Source: Caldilineae bacterium
Lineage (GTDB): Bacteria > Chloroflexota > Anaerolineae > DTLA01
Length of the DNA: 35,413 nt
Assembly (NCBI GenBank): GCA_037446815.1
Contig: JBBIHX010000014.1
Span: 1 to 35,413, forward strand
Direction: 5' to 3'
Of the stretch, positions 14,866 to 26,327 are shown piece after piece. Every line of letters starts with the position of its first letter. Position 1 is the stretch's first letter. The translations under genes were made by a program, and so were the position numbers. The notes beneath the pieces are model-generated. The model did not search any database and was not told the DNA's origin. It saw nothing but the letters and a program-made list of their open reading frames with translations.

Positions 14866-16536
14866 ATGGATCGCTCGCCAGAGGAGATCACGAGACAGAG
14901 ATGGCAAATACTCAGCGTGCTCTTCGCCGCATGCGCGGTCTTCCTCATGCTGTCCCTCGTGGTAGGCCAGTTTGGGCATGCCAGCACATCCTCGGCCGAC
15001 GCCGCTTCGCCGGGCAACATCCAACTGCCACGCGGGTCGCTGGCCGACCGCAACGGCTTCCCCCTTGCGTTTGATGTCTTTGAGTACGACGTGGAGGCCA
15101 GCCCTGCCGGCCTCAGTTCGGAGAAGCGCGACCGATTGGCCCAGGAGTTGGCGCCTCTCCTAAACAAGCCGCAAGAGGAAATTCGCGCCCTGCTGGAAAC
15201 CGACAAGCCCTACGTAACGTTGGCCACAGGCCAAACGGGACTGGTGGAGCCGGCCCTTGACGAACTCCGCAAGACGTTCGGCCCCGTGGTCAAGGCCGTC
15301 CCGCATCCGGTGCGATTCTACCCCGAAGGGGCGTTGGCCGCCCACGTGCTCGGCTTCGTCAACGCCGAGCCCAAAGGATGCTATGGCGTGGAGGAGTACT
15401 ACCAGCAGGACCTGCACCGAGAGCCGGTGCCCCTGGAGAAACTTGGGTCGGCAGCGTGGGACGACATCCAGGCGTCGGATACCACCCTCATCCTCACCAT
15501 TGACCGCTATGTGCAGCGCGTCGCCGAGGAGGAACTGGATGTCGCCATCAAGCAGACCGGCGCAAAGGCCGGCCAGGTCATCGTCATGATCCCCCAGACC
15601 GGCGAGGTCCTTGCCATGGCCAGCAGGCCGACCTACAAGCCCGCCGAGTTCCTGGAATCTCCGCCCGAGACGTGGATCAATCGGGCCATCTCCGAAATCT
15701 ACGACCCGGGCTCGGTGTTCAAACCCATCACCTACGCCGGCGCGTTGGATTCCCAGACCATCACGCCCGACGAACTGTTCTACGACCCGGGCGTCATTGA
15801 AGTCGGCGGATACAAGATTTACAACTGGGATCGGGTCGGCCACGGCACCGTGGACATCGTGGAAGCGCTGGGCAACTCCCTGAACGTCGTCGCCGCCACC
15901 ATCAGCCAGCGCATGGGCAAAGAGCGGTTCTACCTGTACGTCCGCAAGTTCGGGTTCGGCCAGCGCACCGAGATTGACCTCATGGGCGAAGTGCCCGGCA
16001 TCGTCAAGACGCCCAACGACCCGATGTACTCCAACTCCGATCTCGGCGCCAACTCCTACGGCCAAGGCATCTCGGTTACGCCCATTCAGATGATCTCGGC
16101 GATCGCATCCATCGCCAACGGCGGGGTGCTCATGTCGCCCCAGGTTGTGAAGCGCAAGATCGTGGGCGGCCAGGTTGTGGAATTGCAGCCGAGGGCCATT
16201 CGCCGAACCATCAGCCGAGAGACGGCGGAGACGCTCACCTCGCTCCTGGTGCGCGTGGTGGATGAGTACCTGCCCCAGGCCAGGGTGCCGGGGTACAGCA
16301 TCGCCGGTAAGACGGGAACCGCCCAGATTCCCATGGGCGGCACATTCGACCCGACCGATTACATCGCGTCGTTCGTGGGGTACGGTCCGGCCACCAACCC
16401 GCAACTGGTGATTCTGGTGAAACTGGACCGGCCGCAGACCGTGAGGTCCGGGGGCGGGGCCGCAGCGCCGGTCTTCCAGCGCATCGCATCGCGCCTGTTC
16501 AAGTATCTCGCCATCCCGCCCGACCGGGCGAATTGA
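14866..16536 (+). CDS. ftsI: Class B penicillin-binding protein (FtsI/SpoVD-like transpeptidase)
   Basis: N-terminal TM segment, RGSLADRNG, RFYPEG, SVFK (SxxK), SLN (SxN), KTGTAQ; position in the dcw cluster. Confidence 0.88.
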   Translation: MDRSPEEITRQRWQILSVLFAACAVFLMLSLVVGQFGHASTSSADAASPGNIQLPRGSLADRNGFPLAFDVFEYDVEASPAGLSSEKRDRLAQELAPLLNKPQEEIRALLETDKPYVTLATGQTGLVEPALDELRKTFGPVVKAVPHPVRFYPEGALAAHVLGFVNAEPKGCYGVEEYYQQDLHREPVPLEKLGSAAWDDIQASDTTLILTIDRYVQRVAEEELDVAIKQTGAKAGQVIVMIPQTGEVLAMASRPTYKPAEFLESPPETWINRAISEIYDPGSVFKPITYAGALDSQTITPDELFYDPGVIEVGGYKIYNWDRVGHGTVDIVEALGNSLNVVAATISQRMGKERFYLYVRKFGFGQRTEIDLMGEVPGIVKTPNDPMYSNSDLGANSYGQGISVTPIQMISAIASIANGGVLMSPQVVKRKIVGGQVVELQPRAIRRTISRETAETLTSLLVRVVDEYLPQARVPGYSIAGKTGTAQIPMGGTFDPTDYIASFVGYGPATNPQLVILVKLDRPQTVRSGGGAAAPVFQRIASRLFKYLAIPPDRAN

Positions 16537-16546
16537 GGGAATCCGT

Positions 16547-17950
16547 ATGTTGACCCTGGGCGACGTCATCCAAGCCGCAACCGGCACAGACACCAAAGGC
16601 ATGCCCGGAAGCGAGCGGCCCATCCGGGACGTGGTCATTGACTCCCGCCAGGCCGCGCCCGACTGCCTGTTTGTCGGCCTGAAGGGCGAGTCGGTGGACG
16701 GCTCTGACTTCGCCGATGACGCCATCGCCAAAGGGGCGGCGGCCGTCATCGTGTCCCGCGCGCCTGCCCGAGCGGCGCAGGTCTGGACGCGCGACGCCGC
16801 GCCTGCCGCCATCACGCCGCCTGTCGCCATCGTCGTCCCCGACACGCTGTGGACGCTCCAGGAACTGGCCGCCCATTGGCGGCGGCACATGAACGTGCGC
16901 GTCGTCGGCGTTACCGGCAGCGTCGGCAAGACGGTTACCAAGGAACTCACCGCGTCGGTCCTGTCGCAGCGCTACGCCACCCTGCGGAATGAGGGCAATC
17001 TCAACAATGAAATCGGCCTGCCCCTGACCCTGCTGAAAGTTACGCCCAAGACCGAGTATGCCGTCTTGGAGATGGGCATGTACGCCCTGGGGGAAATCGC
17101 CCGCCTCGCCGAAATTGCCCTGCCGTCCGTCGGCATCGTTACCAACGTGGAACCCGTCCACCTGGAGCGGCTGGGATCCATAGAGCGCATCGCGCAGGCG
17201 AAATCCGAATTGGTGCAGGCGCTGCCCGGCGACGGCGTCGCCATACTCAACGGCGACGACCCGCGGGTCCGCGCCATGGCCGCCCTGACAAAGGCCAGGG
17301 TCTTCACCTATGGCCTATCGCCCGACTGCGACCTGTACGCCACAGACATTGAGAGCCAGGGGCTAGAGGGCATTCGGTTCCGCCTGCACTACCGCGGCGA
17401 AACCATCCACGCGCGGGCCGCCCTGCTCGGGACGCATTCGGTGCACACGGCGCTAGCAGCGGCTGCCGTGGCGCTGAATGAGGGCCTGTCCTGGCAGGAG
17501 ATCATGGCGGGACTGATGGACGTGTCCGCGCAACTGCGGCTCATCGCCACGCCCGCCATCCGCGGCGCGCTCATCTTGGACGATACCTACAACGCGAGTC
17601 CCAAATCCACCATCGCCGCCCTGAATTTGCTCGCAGAGTTGAAAGGGCGTAGGATTGCGGTTTTGGGCGACATGCTGGAACTGGGCGCGCTGGAGGATGA
17701 GGGCCATCGCAAAGTGGCGCGGAGGGCCATTGAGGTCGTCTCCCGCCTTATCACCGTCGGCAAGCGGGGGCGCATCATCGGAGAAGAGGCCCTGGCGTGC
17801 GGCATGTCGCCGGAGAATGTAGTCATCGTTGACAACAACGCGCAGGCCATCGGCGTCCTGTCCGAGTGGATTCAAGAAGGCGACATCATCCTGGTCAAGG
17901 GTTCTCGCGGTATGCACATGGAGGACATCGTACAGGCCTTGCGCGCCTGA
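16547..17950 (+). CDS. murF: UDP-N-acetylmuramoyl-tripeptide--D-Ala-D-Ala ligase
   Basis: IDSR, VTGSVGKT, NLNNEIGLPLTL, EMGM, DDTYNASP, LGDMLELG, LVKGSRG. Confidence 0.96.
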   Translation: MLTLGDVIQAATGTDTKGMPGSERPIRDVVIDSRQAAPDCLFVGLKGESVDGSDFADDAIAKGAAAVIVSRAPARAAQVWTRDAAPAAITPPVAIVVPDTLWTLQELAAHWRRHMNVRVVGVTGSVGKTVTKELTASVLSQRYATLRNEGNLNNEIGLPLTLLKVTPKTEYAVLEMGMYALGEIARLAEIALPSVGIVTNVEPVHLERLGSIERIAQAKSELVQALPGDGVAILNGDDPRVRAMAALTKARVFTYGLSPDCDLYATDIESQGLEGIRFRLHYRGETIHARAALLGTHSVHTALAAAAVALNEGLSWQEIMAGLMDVSAQLRLIATPAIRGALILDDTYNASPKSTIAALNLLAELKGRRIAVLGDMLELGALEDEGHRKVARRAIEVVSRLITVGKRGRIIGEEALACGMSPENVVIVDNNAQAIGVLSEWIQEGDIILVKGSRGMHMEDIVQALRA

Positions 17951-17961
17951 GAGGGGGCAGA

Positions 17962-18942
17962 TTGGCAAGTTCGCTCACGCTGGGGACAATTTCATTCTTG
18001 CTGGCGGTCTTCTGGGGCGGCCCGCTCATCAAGTTGCTCAAGAAGTACCGCATCGGCAAGCAAATCCGTGTGGACGGCCCGTCCAGCCACATGGTCAAGA
18101 TGGGCACGCCCACCATGGGCGGATTGATGACCATCATCCCCGTGCTGGTCATCACCGCCGTGCTCAACCTGCCCAACCTGCGGGGGCTAGACCTCATTGG
18201 CCGGTCCATCCTTCTCCCGATGGGCGTCATGCTGGCCTACGGCATCCTGGGCGCCATTGACGACCTCGCGGGCGTTCGCGGCACACGCGGCACGGGCCTT
18301 CTCGCCCGCTACAAGTTCCTGTGGCAGGTGCTCATCGCCATCGTAGTGGCGATCGGCTTGCATTTCGGGCTGGGCCTGCGCAGCGTCGCCATCCCCACCA
18401 TCCCGTACAAGATTGACATCGGGCTGTGGTACCTGCCCATCGCCGTCTTCATCATCGTAGGCAGCACCAACGCCGTGAACCTGACCGATGGGCTAGACGG
18501 CCTCGCGGGCGGCACGGTGGCTATCGCCTTCACGGCCTACGGAATCATCGCATACCTCCAGGGGCAGGTATATCTCGTGAACTTCTGCTTCACCGTTGTG
18601 GGGGCCACGCTGGCGTTTCTCTGGTACAACACGCACCCCGCCATGCTGTTCATGGGCGACACAGGCTCCCTCGCCCTCGGCGCGACGCTGGGCACGGTCG
18701 CTCTCATGACGGGGCAATGGCTGCTGCTCCCCGTCGTCGGCATCATCTTCGTCGCCGAGGCGCTCTCGGACATCCTGCAGGTGCTGTATTTCAAGGCAAC
18801 CAAGGGGAAGCGCATCTTCAAGATGGCGCCCATTCACCATCACTTTGAACTCAAGGGCTGGTCGGAGGTGCAAGTTACGCTCCGATTCTGGTTCATCGCC
18901 ATGCTGGCGGCCATGCTCGGCGTGGCACTCGCGTTGATTTAG
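17962..18942 (+). CDS. mraY: Phospho-N-acetylmuramoyl-pentapeptide transferase
   Basis: Probable TTG start at 17962; KMGTPTMGG, NAVNLTDGLDGL, FMGDTGSLALG, MAPIHHHFEL. Confidence 0.97.
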   Translation: MASSLTLGTISFLLAVFWGGPLIKLLKKYRIGKQIRVDGPSSHMVKMGTPTMGGLMTIIPVLVITAVLNLPNLRGLDLIGRSILLPMGVMLAYGILGAIDDLAGVRGTRGTGLLARYKFLWQVLIAIVVAIGLHFGLGLRSVAIPTIPYKIDIGLWYLPIAVFIIVGSTNAVNLTDGLDGLAGGTVAIAFTAYGIIAYLQGQVYLVNFCFTVVGATLAFLWYNTHPAMLFMGDTGSLALGATLGTVALMTGQWLLLPVVGIIFVAEALSDILQVLYFKATKGKRIFKMAPIHHHFELKGWSEVQVTLRFWFIAMLAAMLGVALALI

Positions 18943-18946
18943 GGCC

Positions 18947-20350
18947 ATGTACTCAGACGAGACGAATTTCCGAAACCGAACGGTAACCATCATCGGGGCG
19001 GCCCGCGAGGGCACCGCGCTGGCGCGGTTCCTGCACGGGCAGGGCGCGCGCGTCATCCTCAGCGACGTGCAGAGCGAGCAGGCCCTCGCCGCCCACCTGG
19101 CCACCATCCGAGGGCTGCCCATTGACCTGCGTTTGGGCGGCCACCCCGAGTCCATCCTGGACACCGACGTGGTCTTCGTGAGCCCAGGCGTGCCGCTGGA
19201 GATTCCCATCCTGCGCGAGGCCGTGCGCAGGGGCATCCCCCTCAGCAGCGAGACGCGCCTTTTCGTCCGCCTGTGCCCGGCGCCCATCGTCGGCATCACC
19301 GGCAGCAGCGGCAAGACGACGACTACCGCCATGACGGGCGAGATGCTCAAGCAGGCGGGGTTCCGCACCTTCGTCGGCGGGAACATCGGCCGCCCGCTCA
19401 TCGGCCACCTGCACGAAATCCGCCCCACCGACAAGGTAGTCATGGAACTGTCCAGTTTCCAGTTGGAGATGCTGGGCGCAAGCCCTCACATCGCCGCCAT
19501 CTTGAACATCACGCCCAACCACCTAGACCGCCACCCCGACATGGCGTCCTACATCGCGGCCAAGCGCGTCATCCTGGAGCACCAGACCCCACGCGACATG
19601 GCCGTGCTGGGATACGACAACGCCGCAACTCGGAGCCTCGGCGCCGACTGCCGGGGGCGCGCGTTCTTCTTCAGCCGCCAGGAGCGCGTCTCCGAGGGCA
19701 GTTGCCTGGACGGCGACATGCTGACGGTCAGCGTGGACGGCGTCCCCTGGCGGATTTGCAGACGCGGCGACCTGCGACTGCGTGGCGAGCACAATCTGGA
19801 GAACGCCCTGGCCGCGTCGCTCCTGGCGCGGCTGGCAGGCGCGCCCATGGACGCCATCGCCCACGTCTGCACCACGTTCCGCGGTGTGGAGCACCGCCTG
19901 GAGTTCGTCGCCACCATCCGCGGCGCGCATTTCTACGACGACTCCATCGCCACGACGCCCGAGCGCGCCGCCGCCGCCCTGCGCTCATTCACCGAGCCCA
20001 TCATCCTGCTGGCGGGTGGCCGCGACAAGCACCTCCCCTGGGAGGAGATGGCCGACCTCACGGTTCAGCGCGTGCGGCACCTGGTCTTGTTCGGCGAGGC
20101 CGCGGGGCTGATAGAGAATGCCGTGTCCGCGGCCATGCGGCGCGCGAAGGGGCCTACATCCCTGGCGGGCGTACACGTGGTGCGACGACTTGAGGATGCC
20201 GTCCCGCTGGCCGCCGACCTGGCCCAGCCGGGCGATGTGGTGCTCCTGGCCCCGGGCGGCACGAGTTTTGACGCCTTCCGCGACTTCGCCGAACGCGGAC
20301 GGCGCTTCAAGGAACTGGTACACAGCCTGCAGCAAGAGCGCGCGGAGTAG
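18947..20350 (+). CDS. murD: UDP-N-acetylmuramoyl-L-Ala--D-Glu ligase
   Basis: SPGVP, GITGSSGKTTT, GGNIG, ELSSFQL, NHLDRH, HRLE, DDSIAT, LAPGGTSFDAF. Confidence 0.96.
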   Translation: MYSDETNFRNRTVTIIGAAREGTALARFLHGQGARVILSDVQSEQALAAHLATIRGLPIDLRLGGHPESILDTDVVFVSPGVPLEIPILREAVRRGIPLSSETRLFVRLCPAPIVGITGSSGKTTTTAMTGEMLKQAGFRTFVGGNIGRPLIGHLHEIRPTDKVVMELSSFQLEMLGASPHIAAILNITPNHLDRHPDMASYIAAKRVILEHQTPRDMAVLGYDNAATRSLGADCRGRAFFFSRQERVSEGSCLDGDMLTVSVDGVPWRICRRGDLRLRGEHNLENALAASLLARLAGAPMDAIAHVCTTFRGVEHRLEFVATIRGAHFYDDSIATTPERAAAALRSFTEPIILLAGGRDKHLPWEEMADLTVQRVRHLVLFGEAAGLIENAVSAAMRRAKGPTSLAGVHVVRRLEDAVPLAADLAQPGDVVLLAPGGTSFDAFRDFAERGRRFKELVHSLQQERAE

Positions 20351-20363
20351 GAGCGATTCGGCC

Positions 20364-21569
20364 ATGGCGACGCGCATTCGCACGACGAAACTGGACCTAC
20401 CGCTGCTCCTCACGGCGGCCGGACTGACCCTGTTCGGCCTCGTGGCGGTCTGGGCCACGTCCGTGTCCGACGCCATGCGCTGGACCGAGGGGGATTCGCC
20501 CTTCATGTTCGTGCTGAGCCAAACCCAGTGGCTGCTCATCGGCGCCGTTGTGGCTGCGGCGGTGTACATGCTGGGCTACCGCAACCTGGCGCGCCTGTCC
20601 ACCATCCTTGCGCTGGGGGTTCTCCTGCTCCTCATCGCCGTGCTATTCTTCGGGAAATCCGACTACGGTGCGTACCGTCGCCTGGTGATACTGGGCTTCT
20701 CGGTGCAGCCCAGCGAAATCGCCAAGCCCGTGCTCATCCTCTACCTGGCGCGCTGGCTCTCGTCCAAGCGGGGGCAACTCAACGACAAAGACTCGGCGCT
20801 CATCCCGTTCCTCATCCTGATCGGGATTTACCTGGCCCTCATCCTGCTGCAACCGAACCTGTCCACTGCCATCATCCTCGCGCTGGTGTCCGTTACCATG
20901 CTCTACCTGGCCGGAGCGGCGACGCGTCAGGTGTTGGCGGTCATCGCGGGCGGTGGCGCCCTCACGCTTGTCATCGCCATGCTCATCCCCTACCAGCGCG
21001 CCCGCATCATCGGATTCATCTTCGGCGGCGAAAGCAGCGCGGCCATCCAGAACCGCGTCCTGGAGACGTTGACGCGGTCGGCGGGCATGTTCGGGCATGG
21101 CCTAGAAACGCTCCAAGCGCAGACGCAGCGGATGCCGGGCGCGCACATGGACTTCATCTTCGCCTTCGTAACCTACGGGTTCGGCGTGTTCACCGCCCTG
21201 GCGCTGTTGGCGGGCTTTCTCTTCTTCGGATACCGGACCACCCGCATCGCCCAGCGCGCCCCATCGGAACTGGGCATGCTGGCCGCGGCGGGAATCGGCG
21301 TGTGGATTCTGCTCCAGGCCCTGATTCACATCGGCGTCAACGTGGGGGTGTTGCCCATCACCGGCATCACGCTCCCGTTTGTCAGTTACGGAGGAACGTC
21401 TCTGGTGGCGTGTCTCATGGGAACCGGAATCCTGCTCAGCATCTCCGGCGACACCCAACGCAAGGAGAGCAAGACCAGTGCGGCTTATCTTTACGGGGGG
21501 AGGAACCGGCGGCCACGTATATCCAGCGCTCGCCGTCGCCCAAGCGTTGCGGGCCGGCGGGCACGATGA
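20364..21569 (+). CDS. ftsW: SEDS-family peptidoglycan glycosyltransferase FtsW
   Basis: Multi-pass membrane protein; QPSEIAK, LQPNLST, HMDFIF, PITGITLPFVSYGGTS; AGGAG RBS before ATG 20364. Confidence 0.9.
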   Translation: MATRIRTTKLDLPLLLTAAGLTLFGLVAVWATSVSDAMRWTEGDSPFMFVLSQTQWLLIGAVVAAAVYMLGYRNLARLSTILALGVLLLLIAVLFFGKSDYGAYRRLVILGFSVQPSEIAKPVLILYLARWLSSKRGQLNDKDSALIPFLILIGIYLALILLQPNLSTAIILALVSVTMLYLAGAATRQVLAVIAGGGALTLVIAMLIPYQRARIIGFIFGGESSAAIQNRVLETLTRSAGMFGHGLETLQAQTQRMPGAHMDFIFAFVTYGFGVFTALALLAGFLFFGYRTTRIAQRAPSELGMLAAAGIGVWILLQALIHIGVNVGVLPITGITLPFVSYGGTSLVACLMGTGILLSISGDTQRKESKTSAAYLYGGRNRRPRISSARRRPSVAGRRAR

Positions 21570-22575
21570 CGAGGTCTGGTACATGGGCCGCGGCAATAGC
21601 ATAGAGCAGACATTGGCCGAGCGGGCGGGCCTGCCCTTCGCGGCGGTTCCTGCTGCGCCTGTGCGCGGGGCCGGGCCTGTGCGGCTTGCGCTGAACGTCG
21701 CGAATCTGGTCCGCGGCACGTACAGGGCCACGGGCATCCTGCGCCGCCTGCGGCCCGACGCCATCTTCGCCACGGGCGGGTACGTCTCGGTGCCGGTCGT
21801 CGTCGCGGGGTATCTGCTCCGCGTGCCCACGCTCATCTACCTGCCCGACATGGAGCCCGGCCTGGCGGTGAAGGCGCTGGCCCGCATCGCCACCCGCGTC
21901 GCGGTAACGGCGCAGGAGGCCGCCCGCTACTTCCATCCGGGCAAGGTAGTAGTTACCGGCTACCCGGTGCGGGACGAGTTCGTGTCGCTGAGCCGACACG
22001 CAGCGCGCCAACGCCTTGCGCTTACCGACGACAAGGTGGTGCTCGTCTTCGGCGGAAGCCGCGGCGCGAAGGCAATCAACGCGGCGGTAGAAGGCGCGCT
22101 GGAGCACATCTTGGACATGGCGCAACTGGTGCACGTCTGCGGCGAGGCCGACCACGCGGCGCTGTCGGAGCGGCGCGCGTCGCTGCCCGCCGACAAGCAG
22201 GCGCGCTACCATCTGTTCGCGTACCTGCACGACCTGCCTGCCGCGGTGGTGGCCGCCGACCTGGTCGTCTCCCGCGCGGGCGCGTCGGTGCTGGGCGAGT
22301 TCACCGCCGCGGGCGTGCCGGCCATCCTGGCGCCCTACCCTTACGCAGGACGGCATCAGGCAACCAACGCCCGCTACCTAGCCGATCACGGCGCGGCCAT
22401 TGTGATTGAGAACGAACGCCTGGGCGCGGACTTGCTGCCCACCCTGCGCGACCTGCTGGCCGATGACGCCCGCCGCGAGGCCATGCGGCAGAGCGCACGC
22501 CGTCTGGCGCGGCCCGACGCGGCGCAGGCGCTGGCGCGGATTCTACGGTCGCTCCCGACCGCTGCGGAAGTCTGA
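21478..22575 (+). CDS. murG: Undecaprenyldiphospho-muramoylpentapeptide N-acetylglucosaminyltransferase
   Basis: GTG start at 21478 after AAGGAG; TGGGTGGHVYPAL, GGYVSVP, TGYPVR, FGGSRGA, SRAGAS, HQATNA. Confidence 0.96.
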   Translation: MRLIFTGGGTGGHVYPALAVAQALRAGGHDDEVWYMGRGNSIEQTLAERAGLPFAAVPAAPVRGAGPVRLALNVANLVRGTYRATGILRRLRPDAIFATGGYVSVPVVVAGYLLRVPTLIYLPDMEPGLAVKALARIATRVAVTAQEAARYFHPGKVVVTGYPVRDEFVSLSRHAARQRLALTDDKVVLVFGGSRGAKAINAAVEGALEHILDMAQLVHVCGEADHAALSERRASLPADKQARYHLFAYLHDLPAAVVAADLVVSRAGASVLGEFTAAGVPAILAPYPYAGRHQATNARYLADHGAAIVIENERLGADLLPTLRDLLADDARREAMRQSARRLARPDAAQALARILRSLPTAAEV

Positions 22576-22576
22576 C

Positions 22577-23134
22577 ATGCGCGTGAATGTGGATCAGGCA
22601 CTCTTGCTGAATATGCTCATCGCCGTATGCGCGGTCCTGGGGCTTCGCCGGGGCATCGCCAGGGAGATCGTCGTGCTCGTCGGCGTCATCATCGGCTCGG
22701 TCATCGCGCCGACCGGTGGGCAGTACGTGCCGACCGTCGTCGCGCTGGGGCAGAAGGCGTTCGGCGGCCTGACCGGCGGCGGCAACACCGCGTCGGCCGC
22801 ATCGCTCACACCCGGCAAGACGCCTGACCTTATCGTATTCGGTCTCATCTTTCTGATTAGCATTGTCCTGGCGCGGATGTTGCGGAAACCGCCCAAGGGG
22901 ATTGCCAGCCGTTTCCTGGGCGCAATCGTTGGGGCCGTCAACGGTTATCTCATCGGCCGGTTCGTCTTCCCGCGCATCTTTGTGCAGCCGGAGACGGTTT
23001 TCGTGGTCTCCGGGCTGAAGGCACAGTCGCACTTCAGCGCGGGCAACACTGCCGCCGCCGTCATCGTGTTCATCATCGTTCTCATCGGGCTTGGAATCCG
23101 GCAATCGTCGCCGCCGAAGAAGAAACAAGCCTAG
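22577..23134 (+). CDS. CvpA-like integral membrane protein 1
   Basis: 185 aa, hydrophobic; GLRRGIAREIV and SRFLGAIVGAVNG resemble the CvpA GxxRGxxxE and R-LG-G patterns. Confidence 0.6.
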   Translation: MRVNVDQALLLNMLIAVCAVLGLRRGIAREIVVLVGVIIGSVIAPTGGQYVPTVVALGQKAFGGLTGGGNTASAASLTPGKTPDLIVFGLIFLISIVLARMLRKPPKGIASRFLGAIVGAVNGYLIGRFVFPRIFVQPETVFVVSGLKAQSHFSAGNTAAAVIVFIIVLIGLGIRQSSPPKKKQA

Positions 23135-23172
23135 CCGGTCTCAACGACCCGTGGAGAGGGAGTGGAAAAGTC

Positions 23173-23718
23173 GTGGGGCCTATTGAAGTGCTGTGGGGTT
23201 CGCTCGTCGTGGTGTTCGGCCTCATCGGCCTGGTGCGCGGCTTCCTGAAGGAAGTCGGCGTTACCACCGTGCTGGCCTTTCTGCTGTTCCTGCTCACATT
23301 CTTCGCCAAGCAGATCGCCCAGGCCCTGGACATGCTGGTGGTGCTGGTGCGCATCTCGCCAATTGACAGCCTGCAGGCCAACCTGTTGCGGTACGGCGTG
23401 TACGCCGGCGTCATCATCTTGGTAACCTTCATCTCGTACCAGGGCGAGACCCTGTCCTTTGAGGGTCGCCCTGTTCCGGGGCCGTTCGGCATGGCCCTCA
23501 ACCTGATTATCGGCCTGTGGAACGGCTACCTTGTCATCGGAAGCCTGTGGTACTACATGCACAAACTGGACTATCCGATTTCCCTGTTCGGTCTATTCCA
23601 GCAGCCGCTGTCGCCGGTGGCAACCGTGCTGGTAACGCTGCTCCCGGAGGCCCTGATTCCTTCATACGGATTCCTGGCCCTGGCGGCGTTTCTCATTTTC
23701 ATGCGGGTGGTCAGGTAG
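23173..23718 (+). CDS. CvpA-like integral membrane protein 2
   Basis: 181 aa, hydrophobic; GLVRGFLKEVG and LNLIIGLWNGYL; same layout as the upstream gene. Confidence 0.62.
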   Translation: MGPIEVLWGSLVVVFGLIGLVRGFLKEVGVTTVLAFLLFLLTFFAKQIAQALDMLVVLVRISPIDSLQANLLRYGVYAGVIILVTFISYQGETLSFEGRPVPGPFGMALNLIIGLWNGYLVIGSLWYYMHKLDYPISLFGLFQQPLSPVATVLVTLLPEALIPSYGFLALAAFLIFMRVVR

Positions 23719-25175
23719 TGAGCATTTCCGAGTCGCGCGAAGCCGAACGCAACAACGGCCCTGTGAATCTGGCGGCGGTGCGGCGCGTGCACCTGGTGGG
23801 CATTGCGGGCGCGGGCCTGAGCGCCATCGCGGCCGTGTGCCTGGAGCGCGGGCTGGAGGTCTCCGGCTCGGACATGCAGTCCAACGCCCAGACCGAAGCG
23901 CTGGCCCGGCGCGGCGCCCGCATCTTCGCGGGGCACGCGCCCGAGAACGTGCGCGGCGCCGATTTGGTCATCGTCTCCTCCGCCGTTGCGCCCGCCAATC
24001 CCGAATGGCGAGAAGCGGTTCGGCTGGGCATCCCTGTGGTCAAGCGCGGCCCCGTCCTGGCGGCCCTGCTCGCGGGCCACATCGGCATCGCCGTCGCGGG
24101 CAGCCACGGCAAGACCACCACCGCCGGACTCATCGCCCTCGCCCTGACCGACGCCGGGCTAGACCCCTCGTTCATCATCGGCGGCGTGGTGGAAAACTTC
24201 GGCACCAATGCCCGCGCGGGGAGCGGCCCCCACTTCGTGCTGGAGGCCGACGAGTACGACCGCACGTTCCTGGCGCTGCGGCCTCATCTCGCCCTCATCA
24301 CCAACGTGGAGATGGATCATCCCGACTGCTTCCAGGATGAGGATGACCTGCGCCAGGCGTTCCTGGAGTTCGCCGCGCGCACCGCGCAGACGGGTCTCAT
24401 CCTCGCCTGGGCCGATGACCCGGCCGTGGCGGCCCTCGCCCAGGAAGCCGCTACCATCGCGGGCTGCGCGACGCAGACCTTCGGCTTCGCATCCGACGCC
24501 ACGTGGAGCGCCCGCGACCTGGCCCCGCGCGCCGACGGCGGCACCGAATTCACCCTCCTGCGGGAAGGCCGCCCGACAGTCCGCGCGCGCATGCCCCTCC
24601 CCGGCCGCCACAACGTTGCCAATGCCCTCGCGGCGCTGGCGGCTGCCACGGCGCTCGGCGTGCCGATGGAGCAAGCCGCCGCATCGCTGGCCCGATTCCA
24701 GGGCACGCGGCGGCGCATGGAGGTGCGCGGCTCGGTGGAAGGCATCCTCGTGCTGGACGACTACGCCCACCACCCGACCCAAATCGCGGCCACGCTTCAG
24801 GCGCTGCGGGAGAAATACGGCGCGCGGCCCCTGTGGGCCGTGTTCCAGCCCCACACCTACAGCCGCCTCAAGGCACTCTGGCGGGGGTTCGCCGAGTGTT
24901 TCGGTGAGGCCGATCACGTCGTGGTGCTTCCGGTATATGCAGCCCGCGAGGCCCACGACCCGACGGTGCGGCCCGACCTGCTGGCGCGGGAGATGCCCCA
25001 CCCCGACGTGCGCTACGCAGCCAGCCTGGACGACGCCGCGAACCTGCTGGCCGAACACGCGGAGCCGGATGCGCTCATCATCACGCTCGGCGCGGGCGAC
25101 GAATGGATTGTGGGCGACCGCGCCCTGGCCCACCTGCGCCGCAAACTGGCCCAAACCTTGCATGCGGGGAAGTAG
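23718..25175 (+). CDS. murC: UDP-N-acetylmuramate--L-alanine ligase
   Basis: [61 protein letters not shown]; exact start uncertain. Confidence 0.95.
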   Translation: MSISESREAERNNGPVNLAAVRRVHLVGIAGAGLSAIAAVCLERGLEVSGSDMQSNAQTEALARRGARIFAGHAPENVRGADLVIVSSAVAPANPEWREAVRLGIPVVKRGPVLAALLAGHIGIAVAGSHGKTTTAGLIALALTDAGLDPSFIIGGVVENFGTNARAGSGPHFVLEADEYDRTFLALRPHLALITNVEMDHPDCFQDEDDLRQAFLEFAARTAQTGLILAWADDPAVAALAQEAATIAGCATQTFGFASDATWSARDLAPRADGGTEFTLLREGRPTVRARMPLPGRHNVANALAALAAATALGVPMEQAAASLARFQGTRRRMEVRGSVEGILVLDDYAHHPTQIAATLQALREKYGARPLWAVFQPHTYSRLKALWRGFAECFGEADHVVVLPVYAAREAHDPTVRPDLLAREMPHPDVRYAASLDDAANLLAEHAEPDALIITLGAGDEWIVGDRALAHLRRKLAQTLHAGK

Positions 25176-25178
25176 AGG

Positions 25179-26321
<1,143 letters not shown>

Positions 26322-26327
26322 CGCGCG

